From the NCBI GenBank assembly GCA_032718475.1, contig JAUCBJ010004577.1, positions 1-64,000 on the forward strand: a DNA stretch of 64,000 nucleotides, in the 5' to 3' direction. The translations under genes and the position numbers were made by a program. Shown here in pieces: positions 23,247 through 35,200 of the stretch (position 1 is the stretch's first letter; every line of letters starts with the position of its first letter). This DNA comes from Nemertoderma westbladi (lineage: Eukaryota > Animalia > Xenacoelomorpha). The notes below the pieces were generated by a model. It saw nothing but the letters and a program-made list of their open reading frames with translations. It was not told the origin of the DNA and did no database searches.

Positions 23247-26200
23247 CTACAGGGAATAAAGTAGAGTTAGAAGTAAACAACTGAATCAAGTGCAGTAAGT
23301 TATGGGGCTGTTCTGTTTGATTGGTTGTTATGTGAGTGCTTGCTAATTTTGGCCAGTATTAAATGCACTAAATCAACAATCACTCAATGTAACTTAGTAG
23401 TTTACATTTAAATATTAGAAGCACGCCGGTAGCTTTATGTACTCTCAGACTCTAACCAACTTACCTAATGAGTGATTGTTCAGTTGTTTGTAGTGACTGA
23501 CGTAATAATGAAAGTATGCAGGAATGTACTTAATAATAAATATAATAAATAAATATAATACAATACAATATGATGTCGGTCGGTCGGTCGGTCGGTCGGT
23601 CGGTCGGTCGGTCGGTCGGTCGGTCGGTCGGTCGGTCGGTCGGTCGGTCGGTCGGTCGGTCGGTCGGTCGGTCGGTCGGTCGGTCGGTCGGCGACCAGGC
23701 GACATCATTGGATGTTCAGAAAATGATTGCTTGTGATTTTACTCTCATGTAATAAACAAGTAAATAAAGTAGGGTTAAAAGAAAACAAGTTAATAAAGTA
23801 GGGTTAGAGGTAAACAAGTAAATAAAGTAGGGTTAAAAGTAAACAAGTAAATAAAGTAGGGTTGGAAGTAAACAAGTAAATAAAGTAGGGTTAAAAGTAA
23901 ACAAGTAAATAAAGTAGGGTTGGAAGTAAACAAGTAAATAAAGTAGAGTTGGAAGTAAACAAGTAAATAAAGTCGGGTTGGAAGTAAACAAGTAAATAAA
24001 GTAGAGTTGGAAGTAAACAAGTAAATAAAGTCGGGTTGGAAGTAAACAAGTAAATAAAGTAGGGTTAGAGGTAAACGAGTAAATAAAGTAGGGTTAGAGG
24101 TAAACGGGTAAATAAAGTAGGGTTAAAAGTAAACAAGTAAATAAAGTAGGGTTGGAAGTAAACAAGTAAATAAAGTAGGGTTAAAAGTAAACAAGTAAAT
24201 AAAGTAGGGTTGGAAGTAAACAAGTAAATAAAATAAAGTAGGGTTAAAAGTAAACAAGTAAATAAAGTAGGGTTAGAGGTAAACAAGTAAATAAAGTAGG
24301 GTTAAAAGTAAACAAGTAAATAAAGTAGGGTTGGAAGTAAACAAGTAAATAAAGTAGGGTTAAAAGTAAACAAGTAAATAAAGTAGGGTTGGAAGTAAAC
24401 AAGTAAATAAAGTAGAGTTGGAAGTAAACAAGTAAATAAAGTCGGGTTGGAAGTAAACAAGTAAATAAAGTAGGGTTAGAGGTAAACGAGTAAATAAAGT
24501 AGGGTTAGAGGTAAACGGGTAAATAAAGTAGGGTTAAAAGTAAACAAGTAAAAAAAGTAGGGTTAGAGGAAAACAATTAAATAAAGAGGGTTAGAACTAA
24601 ACAAGTAAATAAAGTAGGGCTAGAACTAAACAAGTAAGTAAAGTAGGGTTAGAGGTAAACAAGGAAATAAAGTAGGGTTGGAAGTAAACAAGTAAATAAA
24701 GCAGGGTTAGAGGTAAACAAGTAAATAAAGTAGGGTTAGAGGTAAACAAGTAAATAAAGAGGGTTAGAACTAAAGAAGTAAATAAAGTAGGGTTATAGGT
24801 AAACAAGTAAATAAAGTAGGGTTAGAGGTAAACAAGTAAATAAAGTAGAGTTAGAACTAAACAAGTAATAAAGTAGGGTTAAAAGTAAACAAGTAAATAA
24901 AGTAGGGTTAGAGGAAAACAAGTAAATAAAGAGGGTTAGAACTAAACAAGTAAATAAAGTAGGGCTAGAACTAAACAAGTAAATAAAGTAGGGTTAGAGG
25001 TAAACAAGGAAATAAAGTAGGGTTGGAAGTAAATAAGTAAATAAAGTAAGGTTAGAGGTAAACAAGTAAATAAAGTAGGGTTGGAAGTAAACACGTAAAT
25101 AAAGTAGGGTTAAAAGTAAACAAGTAAATAAAGTAGGGTTAGAAGTAAACAAGTAAATAAAGTAGGGTTAGAGGTAAACGAGTAGATAAAGTAGGGCTGG
25201 AGGTAAACAAGTAAATAAAGTAGGGTTAAAAGTAAACAAGTAAATAAAGTAGGGTTAGAGGAAAACAAGTAAATAAAGAGGGTTAGAACTAAACAAGAAA
25301 ATAAAGTAGGGCTAGAACTAAACAAGTAAATAAAGTAGGGTTAGAGGTAAACAAGGAAATAAAGTAGGGTTGGAAGTAAATAAGTAAATAAAGTAGGGTT
25401 AGAGGTAAACAAGTAAATAAAGTAGGGTTGGAAGTAAACAAGTAAATAAAGTAGGGTTAAAAGTAAACAAGTAAATAAAGTAGGGTTAGAAGTAAACAAG
25501 TAAATAAAGTAGGGTTAGAGGTAAACGAGTAGATAAAGTAGGGCTGGAGGTAAACAAGTAAATAAAGTAGAGTTAGAAGTAAACAAGTAAAAAAATAGAG
25601 AATGGTTAGAACTAAATAAGTAAATAAAGTAGGGTTAGAGGTAAACAAGTAAATAAAGTAGGGTTAGAACTAAACAAGTAAATAAAGTAGGGTTAGAGGT
25701 AAACAAGTAAATAAAGTAGGGTTAGAGGTAAACAAGTAAATAAAGTAGGGTTAGAGGTAAACAAGTAAATAAAGTAGGGTTAGAGGTAAACAAGTAAATA
25801 AAGTAGGGTTAGAACTAAACAAGTAAATAAAGTAGGGTTAGAGGTAAACAAGTAAATATATTAATTTAATTGCGCCATGGTACTGGCATTATGGTAGATA
25901 AAAACGGTATTTAATTAAATCAAATAAATAAGTAAAAACGTTAAAGAGTTAAAAGAGTTCGGTAAATTACGTATCATTAGAGGCCCAGGAGGTTAGCGTT
26001 CGCGAGTTTTCCTTGCATGTTAGTAGGTGGTATAGTGGGGCCGGGTCTCCGCACAGCAGACATACACAGCTCTCCAGGTTGGGGGCATGAAATTTATCTG
26101 TCGCACAGATCTTATGATGAAATCCGTGGACCGATACCCGTGTTGTTACGTGCCGACCGGATTGGTTAGGTTCTGTCCATTTTCGGTTCTGGAATGCCGG

Positions 26201-29200
26201 GCTGCTCCAGAACTCGACCGGAATTTCCGACTTCTTGGTTACGATATCTGCTCTATATTCCATCAAGGCAGCCGTATCGTTTAGGTGCAGATTACAAATG
26301 ATGTCCTCGACTAGAGTGTTCTCCCCGCACAAAGCTATCACAAGGCGATTCAATGTGCTTTTGTGTACGCCCAAGGTTTTCTTTAGGTAATTAGTCTTTA
26401 CTCTGTCAATTGTATGGAGGTTCGCGGTAGTCAGATGAGGCCAGATTAGATGTAGGTTGTACGTTATTATGGGTCGTATCTTTATGTTGAATACTTTTAT
26501 AGCGGTCGCCAGAGAAAGATAACGCGGGTTTGTAATGTTGTGGATAGACATTATAGATTTACAACAGATATTTGTAATGTGTGTCGAAAAGGATAACGTT
26601 GGCTGGAAAGTAACACCCAAATATGTGTAAGCGTTTCGGATTATAACAGGTTGCTGGTTGTAATAAAACTCATCTGCTTTACAAAGTTTACCTCCCCGTC
26701 GAAACTTGATCACGGCAGTTTTCTTTAAATTGACTGTGAGACCATTCAGAGCCGCCCACTCTGATAGAGCATTGAGGCCGGCTTGTAGACCTTCCCTGGT
26801 GTGTGAGTAAAACAGTAGATCGTCGGCAAACAGTAATATTACTAAAATGGCAGCCCGCTTGAGCGCATCTACCAGATCCGCAATGTATAGTATAAATAAA
26901 TAAGGACTGAGTGTATCACCCTGTAATAGGCCGATCAGCTGGCTTATTGGTTTGGTTTTACGCAACCCATCGAAGACTTGTATGTAATTGGTCGATAGTA
27001 GTATTTCTATAAATCGCAGCATTCTTCCTTTGAGCCCAAATAAACGGCGCAGTTTCTCGATGAGTTTAGGTCTTGGAACGGAATCGAATGCTTTCTTGAA
27101 ATCCACAAAGCATGCGTACAGGGGTCTCCTTGGTTGGTCGAGGTTACAGTTTATATCATGGAGCAATTGTTCAATGGGTTGTGCCGTAGATCTTCCCGGT
27201 AGGAAACCAAATTGTTCTCTGGGTATCAGGTGGCTGAAGGCGGCACGTAAGCGGCGAGCTACGAGACCAGTTAAGACCTTGTACGCATTGCACAACAACG
27301 CAATGCCTCGGTAGTTATCTGGTTCGTTACGTGGTCCTTTACCTTTGTACAACACCTTACATATACAAGATTTCCACGTAGATACAATGCGCATAGAAAT
27401 GAAGCATATGTTGAATAACGTTACCCAAAAGTAGAGAGTTAGCGGGAGTGCGGCTTTCAGTAATTCGTATGGGAGGCGGTCGGGTCCCCCGGACTTCCGA
27501 CTTGGTTTCTTCATAAACTCTTCCTCCACTTCCTCGGGAGTAAAAGGAGCATTATATGGAAGATCCTCTCCTTCACCGACGGTAGTGTATGGGACTGATT
27601 GCGATGGAGGTTCGGTAGGTGGGGTGGCTGTTGATAGTAGGTCACTGAAGTGTTTTTCCCATGCTGCCAGTGGGACTGGGCAAGGTGGTTCCGCTCTGCG
27701 TTGCTGCCACCATTTATAAGGCTCGGATTCGGCTCGAGCTATCAGTTTTTCTTCTTGGAGTTTTAGGTAGGCTGCGTGTTTTCCCTTCAGTAGGTTTTTG
27801 TATAATCGTTTCGTGCTACAAAGTAGTTCGCGTTCAGCTGGATCAACTTTGGCCCTATGGTGAAGCGTTATTACTTCTTGACGTCGTTTGTAACATTCCT
27901 CATCAAACCAGGGGTTTGATTCCTTAGAAAATATGATTGGTACGGCTGAATCTTTAATTGCCTCTGCAATATTTAAGTAGGCTGCGTCAATATCCTGCTC
28001 AAATTCCAAGAAGTTGAATGCGTTGTATAACCTAGGGTCCGCTTCCAGATTGTTTAAGTTGAGTTCTCTCTTAGTTTTTCTTTGAGAATCTTCCTTGGTC
28101 GTAGATTGTTGGTTGCTAAGGTCGTTTAGCTCCCATTCCATTCTAAGTGGTATGTGTTTCCTTAATCCATTTATCGGGTAGTCTATTGAGGAAACCTTAA
28201 CATTTGCAAATATTAAATCTATAAGACTAGAACCATTATGGCAGTAATAAGTTGGTTGAGTTAAATCATTCTGCAGTTCCAGTCCATAGTGACTTTCTTC
28301 CATGAGATATTGGAGACAATCCGCTTTGCAATTCTGTTTGTCCATTCTGGCGTTAAAATCACCGCCTAATATAATTGGTCCGTTGTAACCAGCGGGAACT
28401 GATTCGATCGCCTTATAAACGCCGTCCACTAACTCATCGCTACTAGTGTCGGGGTCGAAATAACAGCAGATAAAAACTCCAACATCTGAATTAATTGTTA
28501 CAAATGATCCTGATTTACTAACTAATTCCGGGTTCAGGTGAGGTTTAGCTGCAACTGTTATTCCCTCCATTGGTCTTCCCCTTCCTGCGGGTTTAGTCGC
28601 CTCCGTGCTCCAAGTATAGTACCCCGGTAGATCGGGTTCCTTAGTTGCGAAAGTCTCTGTTAATAGTAGGATATCAGGCCCGGACAATAAATCGTCAGAG
28701 GATAACTCAAGTACAGATTTCAGTCCTTCTATGTTCCACAGCAGGGTTGAAACGGTTAACGGTGTGGAGTGGCTATTTTGTCACGTACCAACAGTTGGTT
28801 GCGACCCAGCGACGGGCGCGTTGTTTGCGGACGGCTGGTCACGGCGCTTTAGCCCAAAGCGCTCGCGTTCGTCGTTTGACATCTTGTAGTTCTTTATGGT
28901 GATTCCGTCTCCCCAGATGTCCGGGTCCATCAGGGTTTCCCGGTGAGTCTGGCGCAGACGAGGTGGAAGGTGGCGTACCGCGAATCTGGATGATAAGCCA
29001 CGGGAAACACGTCTTCGATGGGAAGCTTCTCGCTTTTTAGGTAGTTGATAACGTCCTCACAGGTGGTGGTTGCTTCAAGGCGACCGAGACATATGTGTGC
29101 CTTCCTCGTCGCAGCGGGTGCGAGGGTCTGTCCCGGGGTAGCCGCCACTGCTCGTAAAGGCCCGCCAACCTTGCGACCGCGAGCGATAGAAGGCTGTGCT

Positions 29201-32200
29201 GGCGGAGCCTGTGGCCGAGTAGTCGCGGGTGGGAGAGTGGCACCTGAACAGGGAGGCCCGGTAGCGGTTACTACGGTTGCCGGGTTTCCGTTCCGAGTGA
29301 CGCTGCTATAACGCCGGCGGATTGGTCGATCTCCACCCGGAGTTGGATCGCGAGCATGACGAACTTCCTTTATCAGTTCATCCTTCGCATTGATGAGTTT
29401 CTGTTGGCAGTCGGCAAGTTTACCCCAGACTGGGGGTAACGAGGCGAGGTTCGAAGTGTACATAGAGTTCATCGCGAGGAGGTGTGTCATTAAGAGTTTT
29501 TCGTCCTCGTTTGATACACTCTTCTTTTGTTTTACTTTCGCGAATAAGGAGATAATATTCTCTTGGTGTTTCAAGAAGTCGTCGGCTGGAAGATCACCCA
29601 TTATAATAATACAATAATAAATCAATTAACCAATAGTAACGAGCAGATAATTAAAGAATCAAGCGCAGGATGGCAATGGCACTTTCACAAAAAAATCAAG
29701 TAAATAAGTATCAACAAGTAAATAAAGTAGGGTTAGAGGTAAACAAGTAAATAAAGTAGGGTTAGAACTACTAAACAAGTAAATAAAGTCGGGTTAGAGG
29801 TAAACAAGTAAATAAAGTAGGGTTAGAGGTAAACAAGTAAATAAAGTAGGGCTAGAAGTAAACAAGTAAATAAAGTAGGGTTAGAGGTAAACAAGTAAAT
29901 AAAGTAGGGTTAAAAGTAAACAAGTAAATAAAGTAGGGTTGGAAGTAAACAAGTAAATAAAGTAGGGTTAGAGGTAAACAATTAAATAAAGTAGGGTTAA
30001 AAGTAAACAAGTAAATAAAGTAGGGTTAGAGGAAAACGAGTAAATAAAGTAGGGTTAGAGGTAAACAAGTAAATAAAGTAGGGCTAGAAGTAAACAAGTA
30101 AATAAAGTAGGGTTAGAGGTAAACAAGTAAATAAAGTAGGGTTAGAGGTAAACAAGTAAATAAAGTAGGGTTAGAGGTAAACAAGTAAATAAAGTAGGGT
30201 TAGAGGTAAACAATTAAATAAAGTAGGGTTAAAAGTAAACAAGTAAATAAAGTAGGGTTAGAGGAAAACGAGTAAATAAAGTAGGGTTAGAGGTAAACAA
30301 GTAAATAAAGTAGGGTTAGAGGTAAACAATTAAATAAAGTAGGGTTAAAAGTAAACAAGTAAATAAAGTAGGGTTAGAGGAAAACGAGTTAATAAAGTAG
30401 GGTTAGAACTAAACAAGTAAATAAAGTAGGGTTAAAAGTAAACAAGTAAATAAAGTAGGGTTAGAACTAAACAAGTAAATAAAGTAGGGTTAGAGGTAAA
30501 CAAGTAAATAAAGTAGGGTTAGAACTAAACAAGTAAATAAAGTAGGGTTAGAGGTAAACAAGTAAATAAAGTAGGGTTAGAGGTAAACAAGTAAATAAAG
30601 TAGGGTTAGAGGTAAACAATTAAATAAAGTAGGGTTAAAAGTAAACAAGTAAATAAAGTAGGGTTAGAGGAAAACGAGTAAATAAAGTAGGGTTAGAGGT
30701 AAACAAGTAAATAAAGTAGGGCTAGAAGTAAACAAGTAAATAAAGTAGGGTTAGAGGTAAACAAGTAAATAAAGTAGGGTTAGAGGTAAACAAGTAAATA
30801 AAGTAGGGCTAGAAGTAAACAAGTAAATAAAGTAGGGTTGGAAGTAAAAAAGTAAATAAAGTAGGGTTAGAGGTAAACAAGTAAATAAAGTAGGGTTAGA
30901 GGTAAACAAGTAAATAAAGAGGGTTAGAACTAAACAAGTAAATAAAGTAGGGTTATAGGTAAACAAGTAAATAAAGTAGGGTTAGAGGTAAACAAGTAAA
31001 TAAAGTAGAGTTAGAACTAAACAAGTAAATAAAGTAGGGTTGGAAGTAAACAAGTAAATAAAGTAGGGTTAGAACTAAACAAGTAAATAAAGTAGGGTTA
31101 GAGGTAAACAAGTAAATAAAGTAGGGTTAGAACTAAACAAGTAAATAAAGTAGGGTTATAGGTAAACAAGTAAATAAAGTAGGGTTAGAGGTAAACAAGT
31201 AAAAAAAGTAGGGTTAGAAGTAAACAAGTAAATAAAGTAGGGTTAAAAGTAAACAAGTAAATAAAGTAGGGTTAAGAGTAAACAAGTAAATAAAGTAGGG
31301 TTAGAGGTAAACAAGTAAATAAAGTAGGGTTAGAGGAAAACGAGTAAATAAAGTAGGGTTAGAGGTAAACAAGTAAATAAAGAGGGTTAAAAGTAAACAA
31401 GTAAATAAAGTAGGGTTAAGAGTAAACAAGTAAATAAAGTAGGGTTGGAAGTAAACAAGTAAATAAAGTAGGGTTAGAGGTAAACAAGTAAATAAAGTAG
31501 GGTTAGAGGTAAACAAGTAAATAAAGAGGGTTAGAACTAAACAAGTAAATAAAGTAGGGTTATAGGTAAACAAGTAAATAAAGTAGGGTTAAAAGTAAAC
31601 AAGTAAATAAAGTAGGGTTAAGAGTAAACAAGTAAATAAATTAGGGTTGGAAGTAAACAAGTAAATAAAGTAGGCTTAGAGGTAAACAAGTAAATAAAGT
31701 AGGGTTAGAGGTAAACAAGTAAATAAAGTAGGGTTAGAGGTAAACGAGTAAATAAAGTAGGGTTATAGGTAAACAAGTAAATAAAGTAGGGTTAAAAGTA
31801 AACAAGTAAATAAAGTAGGGTTACGAGTAAACAAGTAAATAAAGTATGGTTAGAGGTAAACAAGTAAATAAAGTAGGGTTAGAAGTAAACAAGTAAATAA
31901 AGTAGGGTTAAAAGTAAACAAGTAAATAAAGTAGGGTTAGAGGTAAACAAGTAAATAAAGAGGGTTAGAACTAAACAAGTAAATAAAGTAGGGTTATAGG
32001 TATACAAGTAAATAAAGTAGGGTAAGAGGTAAACAAGTAAATAAAGTAGAGTTAGAACTAAACAAGTAAATAAAGTAGGGTTGGAAGTAAACAAGTAAAT
32101 AAAGTAGGGTTAAAAGTAAACAAGTAAATAAAGTAGAGTTGGAAGTAAACAAGTAAATAAAGTAGCGTTAGAGGTAAACAAGTAAATAAAGTAGGGTTGG

Positions 32201-35200
32201 AAGTAAACAAGTAAATAAAGTATAGCGTTAAAAGTAAACAAGTAAATAAAGTAGGGTTAGAACTAAACAAGTAAATAAAGTAGGGTTAGAGGTAAACAAG
32301 TAAATAAAGTAGGGTTAGAGGTAAACAAGTAAATAAAGTAGGGTTAGAGGTAAACAAGTAAATAAAGTAGGGTTAGAGGAAAACGAGTACATAAAGTAGG
32401 GTTAGAACTAAACAAATAAATAAAGTAGGGCCAGAAGTAAACAAGTAAATAAAGTAGGGTTAGAGGTAAACAAGTAAATAAAGTAGGGTTAGAGGTAAAC
32501 AAGTAAATAAAGTAGGGTTAGAGGAAAACGAGTAAATAAAGTAGGGTTAGAGGTAAACAAGTAAATAAAGTAGGGCTAGAAGTAAACAAGTAAATAAAGT
32601 AGAGTTAGAGGTAAACAAGTAAATAAAGTAGGGTTAGAGGTAAACAAGTAAATAAAGTAGGGTTAGAGGAAAACGAGTAAATAAAGTAGGGTTAGAGGTA
32701 AACAAGTAAATAAAGTAGGGTTAGAGGTAAACAAGTAAATAAAGTAGGGTTAGAGGTAAACAAGTAAATAAAGTAGGGTTAGAGGTAAACAAGTAAATAA
32801 AGTAGGGTTAGAGGAAAACGAGTAAATAAAGTAGGGTTAGAGGTAAACAAGTAAATAAAGTAGGGCTAGAAGTAAACAAGTAAATAAAGTAGGGTTAGAG
32901 GTAAACAAGTAAATAAAGTAGGGTTAGAGGTAAACAAGTAAATAAAGAGGGTTAGAACTAAACAAGTAAATAAAGTAGGGCTAGAACTAAACAAGTAAAT
33001 AAAGTAGGGTTAGAGGTAAACAAGGAAATAAAGTAGGGTTGGAAGTAAATAAGTAAATAAAGTAGGGTTAGAGGTAAACAAGTAAATAAAGTAGGGTTGG
33101 AAGTAAACAAGTAAATAAAGTAGGGTTAGAGGTAAACAAGTAAATAAAGTAGGGTTAGAACTAAACAAGTAAATAAAGTAGGGCTAGAAGTAAACAAGTA
33201 AATAAAGTAGGGTTAGAACTAAACAAGTAAATAAAGTAGGGCTAGAAGTAAACAAGTAAATAGAGTAGGGTTAGAGGTAAACAAGTAAATAAAGTAGGGT
33301 TAGAGGAAAACGAGTAAATAAAGTAGGGTTAGAGGTAAACAAGTAAATAAAGAGGGTTAGAACTAAACAAGTAAATAAAGTAGGGTTATAGGTAAACAAG
33401 TAAATAAAGTAGGGTTAGAGGTAAACAAGTAAAAAAAGTAGGGTTAGAAGTAAACAAGTAAATAAAGTAGGGTTAAAAGTAAACAAGTAAATAAAGTAGG
33501 GTTAAGAGTAAACAAGTAATTAAAGTAGGGTTGGAAGTAAACAAGTAAATTAAAGTAGGGTTAGAGGTAAACAAGTAAATAAAGTAGGGTTAGAGGTAAA
33601 CAAGTAAATAAAGAGGGTTAAAAGTAAACAAGTAAATAAAGTAGGGTTAAGAGTAAACAAGTAAATAAAGTAGGGTTGGAAGTAAACAAGTAAATAAAGT
33701 AGGGTTAGAGGTAAACAAGTAAATAAAGTAGGGTTAGAGGTAAACAAGTAAATAAAGAGGGTTAGAACTAAACAAGTAAATAAAGTAGGGTTATAGGTAA
33801 ACAAGTAAATAAAGTAGGGTTAAAAGTAAACAAGTAAATAAAGTAGGGTTAAGAGTAAACAAGTAAATAAATTAGGGTTGGAAGTAAACAAGTAAATAAA
33901 GTAGGCTTAGAGGTAAACAAGTAAATAAAGTAGGGTTAGAGGTAAACAAGTAAATAAAGTAGGGTTAGAGGTAAACGAGTAAATAAAGTAGGGTTATAGG
34001 TAAACAAGTAAATAAAGTAGGGTTAAAAGTAAACAAGTAAATAAAGTAGGGTTACGAGTAAACAAGTAAATAAAGTATGGTTAGAGGTAAACAAGTAAAT
34101 AAAGTAGGGTTAGAAGTAAACAAGTAAATAAAGTAGGGTTAAAAGTAAACAAGTAAATAAAGTAGGGTTAGAGGTAAACAAGTAAATAAAGAGGGTTAGA
34201 ACTAAACAAGTAAATAAAGTAGGGTTATAGGTATACAAGTAAATAAAGTAGGGTAAGAGGTAAACAAGTAAATAAAGTAGAGTTAGAACTAAACAAGTAA
34301 ATAAAGTAGGGTTGGAAGTAAACAAGTAAATAAAGTAGGGTTAAAAGTAAACAAGTAAATAAAGTAGAGTTGGAAGTAAACAAGTAAATAAAGTAGCGTT
34401 AGAGGTAAACAAGTAAATAAAGTAGGGTTGGAAGTAAACAAGTAAATAAAGTATAGCGTTAAAAGTAAACAAGTAAATAAAGTAGGGTTAGAACTAAACA
34501 AGTAAATAAAGTAGGGTTAGAACTAAACAAGTAAATAAAGTAGGGTTAGAGGTAAACAAGTAAATAAAGTAGGGTTAGAGGTAAACAAGTAAATAAAGTA
34601 GGGTTAGAGGAAAACGAGTACATAAAGTAGGGTTAGAACTAAACAAATAAATAAAGTAGGGCCAGAAGTAAACAAGTAAATAAAGTAGGGTTAGAGGTAA
34701 ACAAGTAAATAAAGTAGGGTTAGAGGTAAACAAGTAAATAAAGTAGGGTTAGAGGAAAACGAGTAAATAAAGTAGGGTTAGAGGTAAACAAGTAAATAAA
34801 GTAGGGCTAGAAGTAAACAAGTAAATAAAGTAGAGTTAGAGGTAAACAAGTAAATAAAGTAGGGTTAGAGGTAAACAAGTAAATAAAGTAGGGTTAGAGG
34901 AAAACGAGTAAATAAAGTAGGGTTAGAGGTAAACAAGTAAATAAAGTAGGGTTAGAGGTAAACAAGTAAATAAAGTAGGGTTAGAGGTAAACAAGTAAAT
35001 AAAGTAGGGTTAGAGGTAAACAAGTAAATATAGTAGGGTTAGAGGAAAACGAGTAAATAAAGTAGGGTTAGAGGTAAACAAGTAAATAAAGTAGGGCTAG
35101 AAGTAAACAAGTAAATAAAGTAGGGTTAGAGGTAAACAAGTAAATAAAGTAGGGTTAGAGGTAAACAAGTAAATAAAGAGGGTTAGAACTAAACAAGTAA

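Larger units (their letters stand above)
25859..29712 (-). mobile_element. Full-length APE-type non-LTR retrotransposon (LINE; RTEX-like by motif, clade unconfirmed) inserted in the 29-bp satellite
   Basis: ORF1 plus ORF2 (EN-RT-CCHC). 12-bp TSD AACAAGTAAATA at 25847-25858 and 29713-29724. Short AATTA-type 3' tail. Confidence 0.95.

Noticed and set aside
23445-23752. ORFs RPTD / VGRS repeats
   Set aside because: Translation of the (GGTC)n microsatellite.
26087-29617. Plus-strand ORFs overlapping the LINE
   Set aside because: Antisense shadows of the LINE coding frames with no recognisable motifs.
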